From Marsupella aquatica (lineage: Eukaryota > Plantae > Marchantiophyta): a stretch of DNA of 64,000 nt. Location: NCBI GenBank assembly GCA_973895155.1, contig OZ316899.1:14263934-14327933 (forward strand). The letters run 5' to 3'. The position numbers and the translations under genes were made by a program. Below are positions 24,901-38,208 of the stretch, in pieces. The notes under the pieces were generated by a model, which did no database searches, had not been told where the DNA came from, and saw only the letters and a program-made list of their open reading frames with translations. Each line of letters starts with the position of its first letter. Positions within the stretch are counted from its first letter, which is position 1.

Positions 24901-26561
24901 CTCTTTTCTTTCTCCAATAGTTTCAGCAGATTCTGCATGCCTGGTTGTTGCATCGGCAAGTCCTCCATCCTTGGCCTAAACACCTGCTCGATCGTAGGGC
25001 TAACAGGTGGTTGAGGCTTCTCTGCTACCGGCCTCGGTGCTGGAGCTTCCTCGGGTGCCCTTACCTGCAGGGGAAGTACTGGGGCAAAGGTCTGACCTCT
25101 GGCATACCGGCACAACAGCGGCATGTGATAGCCAAGCCGCGACACGCTCCCCATGCGGATTACCTGCTGCTCCTCCTTTAAGATCTTCTTCAATTGGTTG
25201 AGGAGGTACCCGTTGTAGTCCCGGCTTGGGTCTGGCCTCTCTGCCAGATAGACCTGTGCCTTGCCCATCTCTGCCCTCGGCAAGTTACAGTGCATGGTCA
25301 CCCTCAAGAAGTCAATCATCTCTCCTATGTGCGGGTTGGTGCAGGTGTTCCGGAAGAAGCCATTCTTCGTTGATGGCCCGGGGAACGACCGGAACTCCTT
25401 GTCAGGCAAGGTCTTCCTGGTATCAACTTTGGTCTTATTGCCTATCGGCAAGCCAAACACTTCGGCAATCACCTTGGGAGTAAGATAGAAATCCTTCCCA
25501 TATATCCTCGTGCAATTGGTCTCGGGTTCCCATGACCCCACGAATTCTAATAGGTCTGAATCCGGCACCTCCGGCTTCAGCCATGGTAATCTTACAAAGG
25601 CCTCTAAGCCGGATCCGACCATGAAGCCTTGGTACTTCTTGGTCTGCATGGCCGTAAAGCATGCATCCTCCTCCCGTGCAAAATGTAGTTGCACCTCCAC
25701 CGGTAGGGTTGCCGCCCAGCCTTTCCAGGTGTCATCCCTGGTTGGAATGGCCTTGATGGGATCGACCTCCTCCTCTTCGGCTTCTCCCTGCCTCCTGCTC
25801 TGCTGCTCGGCTGGCTTCTTTGGTGCCGCCGACCTCGTTCTTTTTGCCGGGGTGGCTTCATCGTTGACGGCTCCCTTCCTCTTCATCTCTGCTGCCGTGG
25901 AGGTTTCTCCTAGCACCGTTGCCTGGGTCCACCTTTCCGTGCTACCCTTTAATTCCCAATGTATGTCGTTGCAGTTCTTGATGGCATCTCGAATGCCGAT
26001 GATGCTGTCTTTGCAAAACAGAAGATCGTCGAGCTGATTGGAAGTAGGCGTCCACAAGAACTCGTCCTTGATGAGTTCGCCTCCTAAGAAAGCCGTCTTC
26101 TGCAGCTCCCACAATCGAGCGAGCTCCTGCCGTTCTCGAGCTACCCTTTCTGATTCCTCGTCCTCGTAAGTCTTGATGTACTCAGTTGCCCGTTCGAACA
26201 GGCATCCCCAGAAATGTGCCGCTTGATTGACGTTGCTCATACCCTCCCTAGGTCGATCATCGGTATTTATTCTCTCCCCGAGTGCTTGCCTAAGCAGCTG
26301 ACAGTAGTTGGCCTCCCGTAGTCGTCTGCCTAGTTCGTGCTCGCAAATGAGCCACCATCTCCTGCAAGCGCTCCTTACCCCTCTCCTCTTCCGGTCCTTC
26401 CTCCCGTTGATCCTTCCTAGCCGCCGACGCTTAACGCGCCCTAACCCTATCAAGTTTTCACCCCCAGCGTCCTTACCTCCGGCCTCGGCCCGGGTTCCAT
26501 GGTCGCCCCTAATTGTTTATATTTTCCTTGTTTTGTCCCTATACTAAGGTGTTTCTAGGGT
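21936..26561 (-). mobile_element. Second coding LTR-like element D, related to 10903-48939
   Basis: Left end is TGTGG; right end lacks CA. GCAT flanks both sides (21932-21935, 26562-26565). GC-rich. N-terminal AAHFWGCLF resembles ALGFWTLF at 11455. Interrupts the 3' end of the ParB/MTase-like gene. Confidence 0.65.
22992..26240 (-). pseudogene. Retroelement accessory protein: plant-mobile-domain-like region, acidic/Pro linker, long coiled coil
   Basis: Three collinear ORFs (24474-26453, 23391-24425, 22992-23372) in one frame, separated by single stops. LLEFVGSWEPETNCTRIYGKDFYLTPKVIAEVFGLP parallels ICEFISNFDTNASTTKVSRQTLSLTEHRLAQIFCLP near 44295. Confidence 0.6.
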
Positions 26562-26564
26562 GCA

Positions 26565-29500
26565 TTCCTGCTTTACCCACTTAACTGGCCGAGTGATTCC
26601 TGTCTAGGCATCACAAGCATCCATTGAAACTTCTTGGCCTCTATTTGGCCCACTTTTCCACACGTAACATTGTGCATCACGTTCAAGTGACCTCCATCCG
26701 GTTGATCTAACTCTATTCCCTTTTTTCTTTGAGAGAGGAAGGACAACTGGACTTCCCGAGTGTGAACGGACAAAAACCAATTTTTCATCAGAAGCTGAAA
26801 AGAGTGTGTCAAGACAAATTGAAGCACCTGCCTGGTTGTCAACAGTCGCTGATGCACGGGCTTATGGGGTCATGGGAATCTCACGTACTTCGAAAGCCGT
26901 CCCGGGAATCAATTCTTGGGTGTCAGCTTCATTCAAATTGACCTGCCTGTCTCCACCGTCAGTGACCAAATTGGTTGACGAACAATTTTCAAATGTATCA
27001 ATGTCAATTGGTTCTCCAATTCCGTCCGTTTCTTGTTGCACCACATTTGGATTGAGACCATCCTTGTCCAAGTTGTCATCAACCTCAACTTCATAGGGTT
27101 CCACAGGGACGTCATCTGCACCTGATGAAGGGCGTGGTGCAAGACCAACGTTATCTTCAACATCGTAGGGTTCTATGCTTTCACTTTGACCTACACGGTC
27201 ATCCAAATTCTTTGCATACACCACCTCTGATGCCCCATCATCTTTGACTGACTTAGCGCCCACTTCTTTGGAATTATCAGCTGATTCATGTTCTGCAGAA
27301 ACATCCGCAATAGTGGGTTTCCAATGCCTAGAACTCCCACCACGAGGATCCCAATTTTCCTTGATTGAGGGGACCCTCTCGCAAAGGAATGAAGCATACG
27401 CTTCCACAAAGTGTCTCTCATCTTGAGAGTCACAATAAACAAAGCATTTGCGTTGCACCAAGAATGTTGTCTTCATCACTTGACCACCCGAGAAAAAATC
27501 AAGAATCGAGTCTCCAGCTTCTGACAAGGATTCAATAATCCTCTGTATCATCCGCGTGGGTTTGGCATGTGGATTCACCCAACCACCACGAGCACCAACT
27601 ATCTCTAATCGAGGGGCCATGTGCAAAACCTTGGTCGCCTCTTCTGGGGTCAGCATCATTTTTAGATCTTTGGGTTTTGACACATCGTCTGTGTCAACCT
27701 TCGCCTTCCCAGTGTCAATCTTGGTGATCTCAAAATCAGTATCTTTTGAACTGACAAAGAATTTTGGCTTTGGGTGATTGGGTTTGAAAACATCATTCCA
27801 ATTGACATTTTCATCTCGAGAGATTCTTGCAAATATAACTTCTTCAATTCCGCCTCCCCAACACGAATCAAGCGGATGCGGTTGATCCTCTCGAGAATAA
27901 CTCCCATACTCAATGTGAATGGTGAGAGATTTCTCTTGTCCCAATTTTTGAAGTGAGCTTAGGACATTCATTGCAAGAGGCCCCGGATGAACAGTTATGG
28001 CTACAACGATTGTAAGATTTCGTGGTAGCTCCACAATGTATTGCAAAAAGACCAAAACTTCTGCTTCCGTCCACAGCTTCTGGTGATCTCGACTGAAGTC
28101 AACAATGGCAAGTGAGCACGTTGGAGATGATTCTTCTATTGCTGGTGGATCAACTGTTTTCATTAGATTGTCACTAACGAACGTGACCCACGATTGGCTT
28201 CGAGAATGTGTCCCTCCGCCAAACTTCTGGCAATAAATGTCATCAAGGCGCATCACCAAAGCTATTGGCAAGATTGCACTCTCCCTGGTATGATTTGGCT
28301 TCAACAGATTTGACAAAAAAACTTCACCAGCCGCTCTTCTACATCTATTGAATTCTGCATCAACACTCAACAATGGCAGAACCTCTACTACTTTCTTCCA
28401 GTCGGTATCCGACGGGAAATTCTGTGGATCCTTGCCGAAGTAGTACTCTTCAATGAGAGACTTGAGCTTCCTCACTTTTTTCACATCCTTCGCAAGCTCC
28501 TCTATTGAGGGTATGTCAGATTTATTTGTGGCATCTTTCTTCAGCAATGCCTTTCCTGACTTCACTTGTGTCAGGATTTTTGTGATGTCTTTCTGTGAGA
28601 TCAACTCACCATCAAAGGGACGAAACATGGCAACGGTATTGCTTTTTTGGACTTGTTATTTCCTTTCACCCCAGCTCCATCAGGAAGTTTCCCATGCAAC
28701 CACATCTCACAGACTAACCGCCACAACTCAAAAAGATTGTTGTCCGCAAAAAGTAGCTAGTATACATTTTGCAAGTCCTTCCTGCCCATAGTCATTCTTG
28801 CCAGAGCCAACCAATCCTACAATCCAAAAGGAAAGCTAGTCAGTTATCCCCAACTCAAGGGCTGGAAAAAAAGGATTCTAAGTGCAAAAATAGTTTTGGA
28901 TTCCGATGGTCTCAATCAAAAACAAAACTCATACTAAACATTCCAAAAGTTCCAATACTCTTTGACAAATCATGTCGGACTGAGACCATCCGAATCCAAA
29001 ATAGAATTACTCTCTATGGTAGAGAAATGCACACAAAGTAATCACATTTCTTACCTGAAATTTTTGGTTGTCTTGAGCATTTGTTTTGTTGTCGCCATGT
29101 TTTGGTTTGTTTGGATTTCCACATTCAACAAACTGCCGCCTCGCATGGACAACTGTATCTTTAAAGCAAGACTGAAACACCATCATGCTATTGATGGCGT
29201 TCGATCTCATGGAGTGCTCAACAAGAATTGAAGACGGTGTGCGATCAGACAATATTCTGGATTTCCTGAATTCTAACTTCTTGGCCAACTGGGTGAGCTT
29301 GGCATCCTTTGTTGCCCAATCACGAATCCATCTCGCAGCTCTCGTAGAGTGCTGACCACTAACGGCTAGAAATTGGACCTCGCCCTTTTTCACTCCGGCC
29401 AAAAAATCCTTCCGGTCCGACTCCGTATTCTCAAAGTGGAGTATCTTTCTTTGCTCGACATTAAAGGGAATCAAATCAACGACATGTGGCTCATGCCCAG

Positions 29501-30229
29501 GTGTTTTGATCATGGAATCAGCAATGTCTTGCACATGATCAAAATTCATCATCCGATAGCACAATCTCGCTGGTGCAGCAAAAATACTTTCAACTGGGAT
29601 CAGAAAAATTTTGTTTATCCCAAAAGTATAGTACTGCTCCATTTGTTGAAGAACTTCATTCCCTTCTAAGACGTCTTTCTCCTCTAGAGCATGTGGCCTA
29701 TCACCCTCATCTTCAGCATGTAATGAAAAATCTACAGGAGTTGAATTCACAACTACGGTGTCGGTTTTTTGTTTCTTCTTCTCCCTCGACTTCTTTTTGA
29801 CTGGAAGCTTCATCTTCTCGGCTGGAGCCGTGATCTTCTTCTCAACTAAAGTAGGTTTCTCCACCGGAAGCTTCTTCTCCCTCTGCTTTCGCTTCCCTGT
29901 CGCTCTATCCATGGTTGTTGCTGCAGTAGTTTGTGCTGTCTCCATCGTAGTTGCTGGAGTTCCTTTGGCTGGCGTAGACTCAATTATGTTCTATGGTTGT
30001 GTACTTTTCCTCAACTTCACCAAAGACTCTACCCATAGATTTTCTTTTTCCAGGTCAAGCGTGTGTGCAAAGGCTAGTGCCTTGGCGATCCAAACATTTG
30101 AGTCTGGTGATACCAGACCTGCTTTCTCAAGCAAATTGTTAAGAGTCCATGTGGATGGAAGAGAGAATTTTGATGGGTTGTTTACAATGTTGAGTTTCAA
30201 ATAAAGAAACCCATAAAAAATGTCCAAAG
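26565..30229 (-). pseudogene. ParB/Srx-like + beta-class N4C/N6A DNA-methyltransferase-like fusion, main body; N-terminus at 36498-36950, C-terminus at 21757-21935
   Basis: ParB-like IPVESI..R..DHVQDIADSM..LAVSGQHSTRAA. Phase-0 GT-AG intron at 29054-28817 with CTGAC branch site. MTase-like NPHAKPTRMIQRIIESLSEAGDSILDFFSGG..RKCFVYCD; motif IV position reads LAIVDFSR. Several TAG/TAA stops and at least one frameshift. Confidence 0.7.
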
Positions 30230-33200
30230 TGTTCCACATTAACAATGCTCTCCTTCATTACATTGTTAATACTTTATACATATGGCGGTTGCCATGAGGT
30301 GGTTGCCTAAGTAGTTAGGGTTATAACCTCCTTGGGTTATAGTTCTAACCTTAGTTATATAGGTGTGGTAGACTTAACCTATGGTAAACCTATGGTATGC
30401 AACACTCCCCCTTGTATGCATCTTTGGTAATAAGAAAGATGTAGACATCTAAAGTCTACCTATAATAACTATGATAAAGTATTTGCTAACTTCTGTGTTG
30501 AGGGTATTACATATGGAGGTGGGGTGTAACCTCATCAAAACCTCCCCTCCTTTCTTGTTGGGAGGAAAGAGTATTACCACCCCTCCTATACCCTATTTCA
30601 GCACTAAATCATATCTTTAATTTTGGTCTAACTTTGCTAAGTGAGACTAAATAAGTAGTCTTTGTATATGGCTAAGTCTGTTTAGGAGTTAGTCGAGTTG
30701 AGTAGTTTCGTTAGGTTCTATGGCCTCGTAAAATTTAGGGTCGTATTTTCGTGAGAAGTCGAAATGAGGTCGGCCCGTTCGTGAGTAACTGGCTGGAAAC
30801 AAGATGGAACAGGGCTGCGATGTGGTTGAGTCGGGGGGAACGAAGCTGCGAGTCGCAATAGTGATGCAGTAGGTCGATGGGCGATGGGCGATGGTGAGCG
30901 CGCGATCAGTCGTGGGTGCGCGAGTAGTTGATACGAATGGTGTGTTCGTAATCGGATGTCACTTGGGTTTGGTGAAGAGTCTGCAGGTGCATGATTTGTG
31001 TTGAGCTCCTGCTGTTGAATAGGTAAGTGCTTGACTTCTGTGAATTCAGCTTGGGCTTGATTGAATTCAGTTCTTGTATCGGCTCAAATCTTTCCATTTG
31101 GTTTGGTGTTTCGTAGGTGCTTGGCTATGTTAAGTTCGTCACGATCTTGCCTCAGTTCGGTTCTTGCAGCAGTTGTTTATAAATCTGTGTATTCTGGCCT
31201 GCGCATTCATTTTGTGGTTTCTCGGTTTGCTGCTGTGTGGATGTGATCCTCATAATTCTGAAGCTGAATGATTCTTGTAATGCTGTGAGCGCTTTCTCCC
31301 CCTGAATGTTGAATATTTGATTTTCATTTGATGACCTGTAAAAGTTCAGACAGACTACGCATGCCAATTGATTTGGTGAGTATGGAATGTAGAACTGGAG
31401 GTAGTGGCTTCGTGAACATGTCTGCTGAGTTTTCAGAGCTGGGTATCCACTGGACATCAATTGTTTCCCCCTGTTGCTCATGTGTAAAGAAGAATTTGGG
31501 AGAAATGTGTTTTGTCCTGTCTCCTTTTATAAATCCAGCTGCTATCTGTTCGATGCAGGGTTTATTATCTTCATAAATAACAGTAGGTGTGTTGAGCTGT
31601 GGCATACCTGTGGTTTCTTGGATGTAATTGATAACATTTCGTAACCAGATACATTCGCGGCTGGCCTCGTAAAGAGCTATAATTTCTGAGTGGTTTGATG
31701 AAGTAGTTGTCAAAGTCTGCTTGGTGCTCTTCCATGAGAGAGCAGTCGGACCAATCTTAAATACATATCCTGATTGCGACTTGGCATCAGCTGTATCAGA
31801 TAGGTAGCCAGCATTAGCGAATCCTGATAATGTGAGCTCCAGCGTATTTGGATAGAAAAGCCCTAAGTCAATGGTGCCACAGAGGTAACGGAAGATTCGT
31901 TTAACGCCATTCCAGTGCCTGATTGTTGGTTGAGCACTATGGCGAGCAAGTAGGTTTACTGCAAACGCTATATCAGGTCTTGTTTGTGAAGCTAAGAATA
32001 ATAGGGCTCCAATGGCCGACAGGTATGGCTTATCAGATCCAAGTAGTGGTTCTTCCTCTGTTTTCTTCCTGAAAATATCTTTCTCTCTATCCAAGGATCG
32101 TAGGTCCATTGGTGATCTCACTGCCTTTTCTTTATGCATATCGAATTGCTTCAATGTCCTTCGGGTATATGTAGATTGATGGAGTAGTATTCCATGTGAG
32201 AGATGTTCGAACTGTAGTCCGAGGCAGAATGCAATTCTGCCTAGATCTCTAATTTCGAATACCCTGTTCAGTTTGGTAATTGTCTCTTGCAGAATCTTAG
32301 AGGTACCAAATAAATTGAGGTCATCTACGTAGATGGCCACTATGATGATTTCGGGTCCTTCTTGTTTAATAAACAAGCATGGGGTAAGATCAGATGTCTT
32401 GAAGTCCATGGCCAACATTTCTGTTTTAAAATGTCTGTACCATGTTCGCCCACTCTGCTTCAGACCGTACATGGATCTGAGGACCTGAACAGCAAATCGG
32501 ATTTTTGCAGTAAGTGCTTTCTGAGTGGGTACTAACTTAGTAGAAGCGTCCCATCCGATTGCCTTAGCAGTAGTATGTAGTACTGATTTGTTGGTGTGGC
32601 CGAAAGGGCCATCACTGGTATGAGTTTTCTTTTGTATGGGGGTCTCCCCCTGAATATGGTGTTCAACCCTTTTGATTAATTCGGGAGGGGCCTCCATGTA
32701 AATAATATTTTCCAGGTGGCCATATAGGTAGGCAGTAACAATGTCAAGTTGGTGCATTGTCAGGTTGTGGTGAAGGGCGAATGCAATTAAGTACCTGTAG
32801 GTAATAACGTCCATGACAGGAGAGTATGTGAGGTCATAGTCTCTCCCAGGGATTTGTGTAAATCCCTTTGCTACGAGTCTAGCTTTGTATCTCACTATTT
32901 TGCCCTGGGCGTCTCGCTTCTTGACGAATGTCCATTTGTAGCCTGTGAGATGGGTGTCAGGTTGGGCAGGTGTTATGGGGCCGAATACCTGCCGTGAGAT
33001 GAGTGAGTCTAGCTCGGAGTTGATGGCCTCCTGCCATTTATCCCAGTCAGGTTGTTTTCTGGCTTCTGTGATAGTTGTGGGATCAGGTAAGTCCCCCATT
33101 ATCTCCTTGGAAATTTGAAATGCAAATGTGTTGTCTAGGGTGGTGGTTGATCTATCTCTGATCTTGCCTGTGAAGTTATAGTTAATGGCTATTTCTTCGT

Positions 33201-36200
33201 TTGCTGTGGTTCGCGCGGGTGCATCTGGTTGAGGTTGTGTTGCAATGGGGGGGGGGGTAAGTTGGTTCTTCTCTGTCTGGGGTTCTTGTCCCCAGCTCCA
33301 GGTGGGCGTCCTCTCTTCTTTCGTGGTTCAGCAGTAGTTGCTGGTGGTTCAGTTATGTCTATTCTTGAGGGGGCGTTGGTGGCAGGGACGTGTGACCTGG
33401 TGACCTGGGCTACATCCGCAAATGCGTCAGGTAATTCCCCCATAATTCTGGTGAGGTGCAGTATTCGTTGTACCTCTGTGTCGGCTAGTGCTGTCCTCGG
33501 GTCGTTCCAGAATTGGGAGGTTATTTGCCAAGCAATTTCTTTGGATGGGCTATCTGTTGTTTTCTGGCCTGTACTGAGTTTTGGGAATGTGTCTTCATAG
33601 AAATGGCAGTCGGCAAATCGGGCCTTATATACATCTACTGTAGTGGGCTCCAAATATCTGATGATGGACGTGGAATCAAATCCAATGTATATGCCCTTTT
33701 GGCGTTGAGGTCCGAGTTTGGTCCTTTTTGGTCCCATAATTGGAACCAGGACCTGGCATCCGAAGGTTCGAAGGTGGGTCAGTGATGCTGTGGTGCCAAA
33801 TGCCAAATGGTGAGGTGAGCTTGTGTTAAATGCTGATGGTCTATATCGTAGGAGAGTAGCCGCATGGAGGATGGCATGTCCCCATGCGGCTGGTGGTAAT
33901 TGACTCTGCATTATGAGTGGTCTCGCTATGGACTGTAATCTTTTGATGAGTGATTCAGCGATTCCATTCTGGAAGTGTACGTATGCAATTGGGTATTCAA
34001 CCTCTATACCAGCTGCAGTGCAGAAGTCGTCGAAGGTTCTGGAGGTAAATTCTCCAGCATTATCGACTCTGATTGTTTTTATTGGGTGATCAGGAAACTG
34101 GGCTTTGAGTCTTAGGATATGTGCTAACAGTCTGGGGAATACCAGGTTTCGTGTGGATAGCAGGGAGACCTGTGACCACTTTGATGAGGCATCTATGGTG
34201 GCTAAGAAGAAGCGGAATGGTCCGCTAGGTGGGTCAACAGGTCCGCAGACGTCTGCGTGGATTCTCTCCAAGAATTGAGGTATTCTCCTGTCTGTTGTTG
34301 ATGGAGCTGGTCTAAGTGAGAGTTTACCTTGTGAGCAGGCAAGGCAAGGATTTCTCAGTGAGGTTGGGTGGACCGTGCTTGGGATGCCTTGAGTGTCTTT
34401 GATAATTTTGTGGAACATCTGTGTTCCAGGGTGGCCCAGTCTACGATGCCACATCTCAGTAATGGATGGTGATGGTGAATCTACATGAAATGTATGTATC
34501 TCAATGGCGTAAAATCCTTGTTGAAGAGCTGTGAGTGTCTCCTTGACGTCTATGCCATGCTGTGTTTTGGCAACGATTTGGAGAACTTCCTGGGATTTAT
34601 GGCTGCTAGTGTATATGTGCAGGTCATTGTCACGGATGTCCTTGAAGCTGAGGAGGTTCCGTGTGGCCTTGGGAGCGAAGATTGCGGATTTAATGTTGAT
34701 AATTGTGCCCTTTGGCAGTATCAGAGTCGCAGGGCCATGTCCCTCTTCTAAGTTGTGGCTGCCCATTATTGTGGTGACTCGCCTCTGTGATGGGGTAATG
34801 TATTCAAAATAGTCTCTGGTCCGTAGTATCGAGTGGGAGGTTCCACTATCTAGTATGCAGTAGTTGGGGCCTTCAAGCGCTTTCGTCATTTCTGATTGTA
34901 GTGCTAGGTGTATTTCAGGGAGGATGTCGGGGGATTCTAGGAATGCTCCATGAGCCTCATATTGATCATTGTGTAGACTCTTCTGGTAGAGTTTGACTAG
35001 ATGGGCTGGAGCCCTGCATATTCTCCTAATGTGGCCTTTAGTGCCACATCTATTGCAGATTGGTGAAGTGTCGGACTTATCTGAGTTGTATTGTCGATTG
35101 GAGTTTTGTTGTCTCTGCTGATTACTGTTGCTCCTTGTCCAGGTGTTGCGGAATGTGCTGCTTCCCCGACCCCGTCCTCCGCGAAATGAGTTTCTGCCAC
35201 CTCGTTGAAAGTTGTTTCCTCGTCCTCTATATGAATTTCGTCCTCTGAAGTTCTGATTCCCTCGGAAGGTGCTTGCAGATCCCCTCCGCACATCATTAAA
35301 GTGAGCTTCTGGATTAGGATTTGGTGGGAGGGTGCCTGGTGGCCTCTGTTTGGTATTTTGTAATAGCAAAATTTGGTGTTTTTCTGCAAGCAACATGTGT
35401 GCAATTAACTCTGAGTAGGTTGTAAATCTCATATTGCGGTATTGAGTTGATATTACCAAATATGTTGAATGAAATGTTGACAGGGTCTTCTCGATTTGTT
35501 CTTCTTCTCCAACCGGGTGGCCGCAAATCGCGAGTTGTGATACAATGCGAAATAATTCGCTATTGTATTCAGGAATTGTCTTGTAGTCCTATACCCGGAG
35601 GTTCACCCAGTCGTGCCTCGCTGCTGGTAGGAAGACTGTTCTTGTGTGGTCGAATCGAGCATGTAGTTCATCCCAGAGTTTCCGGGGATTATACTCATTC
35701 ATGTACTGTCTCTTTAGTGACTCGGCAAGGTGATGTCGTATAAATATGAGAGCTTGTGCCTTCTGCTGTAGGGTAGGCCCATTATCCGTAAGGATGGTGT
35801 CTTGTAGGTTTTTCGATGTGAGATGTGCCTCTGCATCGATGGTCCATGACAAGTAATTGGAGCCATCGATTGCTAGAGCTTGGAAATGTAACTTTTCTAT
35901 CATGTTATTCGTCATGTCGGGATTTGTGATGGATTGAGACTAGGGTTGTCTCGCTCAGCTATAATGTTGGAACTAAATAGAATTTCGGGTTGTAAACTTG
36001 TGAGTAATCGATCTGCTCTCAGCCGAAATAAATTTGGACAAAATCTCTGTCGAATTGTGTCAAAATTTTTGTGAGTTGATTCTATGGTTTCGACTCTGCC
36101 CTGATCTTGGATTGTCTAAACTGATTCGCTTCTGCTCATCTATATGGCTATGCAATTGAATGTGTATGCGATTGAGTCTGCCTATGCAATTGAATGTGTG

Positions 36201-36497
36201 TGCAATGGGTTGATGAAGATTCTCAAGGATGTCCATGAAAAACTGAATCCTGTCTAAGGCATCCTATTCGAGGGCCATCCGAGGTGGGAGCTAAAAAATC
36301 GAGTACAATCGTGCTGATAACGTGTTCCACATTAACAATGCTCTCCTTCATTACATTGTTAATACTTTATACATATGGCGGTTGCCATGAGGTGGTTGCC
36401 TAAGTAGTTAGGGTTATAACCTCCTCGGGTTATAGTTCTAACCTTAGTTATATAGGTGTGGTAGACTTAACCTATGGTAAACCTATGGTATGCAACA
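30230..36497 (-). mobile_element. Full-length Ty1/copia element C, Bianca lineage
   Basis: 175-bp LTRs at 30230-30404 and 36323-36497 (1 mismatch). TSD CAAAG at 30225-30229 and 36498-36502. PBS CGTTATCAGCAC (minus, 36322-36311); PPT AGGGGGAG (minus, 30412-30405). Confidence 0.98.
31324..35915 (-). pseudogene. Copia C gag-pol polyprotein, disrupted
   Basis: GSNYLSWTIDAEAHL, CNRCGTKGHIRRIC, LDSG, WHRRLGH, RVDNAGEF, YVDD, IKGDRTKHISPKFF, ADMFTK. One in-frame stop at 35589-35591 and a frameshift probably in the G run near 33250. Confidence 0.95.
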
Positions 36498-36950
36498 CAA
36501 AGGAAGCATTCCCTTCAGTCCTCCAATAATCTTCTCCTTTGTGTAGGATTTTGGAAAGAATCCCATCGACAACACACTTAATTCCCCACTTGCATACCAT
36601 TCCACATTGAACTCGGCCGAGAAAGCCTTTGACGGGAGCTGCAACTTTGCCCACCTCATCATGTCTGACACCTCTACAATGATAGAATTCATTCCTCTTC
36701 CTATCATTCCCACAGAGACCACGGGTCCGATGACCAATGTTTGGTTGTTGCCTGTCCTGATCTTGACACATAACATTGGATCCTGAATGTTAAATGAATT
36801 CAAGCGGAAGTTTACTCGCGAGAACTCAAGTCCCCACCGAAATCCTGGATCGCGGTCCTCCAAAATGAGCCCATCGTCGTAGTTTGCCTCTGAAATGGCG
36901 AGAGTTGTATTCACCAAATCACTCTCTGCATTGGAGAGTGTAAATTCATA
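36498..36950 (-). pseudogene. N-terminal coding segment of the ParB/MTase-like gene
   Basis: ORF 36483-36917 runs into the copia C TSD and resumes in ORF 29991-30245 (..GMLPL/DIFYGFL..). Confidence 0.7.
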
Positions 36951-37012
36951 TTAGACTTCAAATCCATGAAATTCGTTTCAAGAAATCACTGTCAAAGTGA
37001 GATTTAGGGCTC

Positions 37013-37275
37013 TTGGATTCGGACCATCTGAATCCAAACCTCCCTTTTGGATTCGGACCATCCAAATCCAATCAAGCCTGTCGGATTCAGATGGTCCAAA
37101 TCCAAACAACCCACTTGGATTTGGATGGTCCGAATCCAAACAACCCTCTTGGATTCGGACCATCCGAATCCAATCAAGCCTGTCGGATTTGGATGGTCCG
37201 AATCCAAACAACCCACTTGGATTTGGATGGTCCGAATCCAAACAACCCTCTTGGATTCGGACCATCCGAATCCAA
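37013..37275. repeat. Array of eight 25-bp palindromes, 34-bp period
   Basis: TTGGATTCGGA-(CCA or TGG)-TCCGAATCCAA plus 9-bp spacers, at 37013, 37047, 37081, 37115, 37149, 37183, 37217, 37251. 102-bp higher-order unit. Confidence 0.95.
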
Positions 37276-38208
37276 CAACTTTAAAAGATGCATGAATAAA
37301 CCTGCAAAAACTTACTTTGGACTTGTGATTGAAATTCTTGGGAATCCCCAAGCGCTAGGGCCACGAGATCACCGACAGAGGAGAGATCCAAGTCATCAAA
37401 TTCTTCGGCGAGCAGGACGATGACGGTTTTCTTGGCAACTTCCATTTTTAGGAGTGACACATGGCAGGATATATTGAGGACACGTCAAGATGGGCAAGAT
37501 CTAGGGCGTTGCAGCAGATTAGGGCAAGAAGGCAATTAGGGCAAGGGCAAGGGATAGCGGCGGCAGCCAGCCAAGAGAGAGGAGCGAGAGCGAGAGCGAG
37601 GAGTGAGAGTGAGAAGCGACTGAGAGAGAAACAACAATGAGGTCTGTGGAAGACCTCGTCCTCCCTTTACCCCCTCCTGAAAGGCTTGTTTGCGTACGGA
37701 TGATCGCTGTACGGATGATCTCTGTACGGATAGAGACCGAGAAGGGATCTGGTCCTATCAGTTTGGATGGGACACTAGCTGTATTGTCTGACACAATGGA
37801 TTGAAAAAGGATTGGATGATTGTTCTAACCGCGATACTCGGTGTTGCCTCAATCTTATCGGATCGCACATTCAGGGCCAAACATACCAACCCACGAGTAT
37901 AAGAGGTCCTCTACAGACATCATTGTTGTTTTAGTTTCATATCTTCACTTGGGCATCCAGGTTTGCGCCAACTTTGGAGACATACTGGAAAAACAAGACT
38001 GCTGAGGTGAGTTATGGTGTTAGTCGCTTTGCTTATTTTGAGTTCTTAGGGAAGAGAGACGAACCCTTTCACTTTGTTCTGCATTCTAGTGACTTCCCAA
38101 TAATTGTTTCACAAATTACCCAATGTTCCGAAAAACCCGGAATGTCTAAATTTGATTAGGAAGAGATCTCAATCTCAATATATCCATGTCAACATAATCT
38201 TCATTGTG

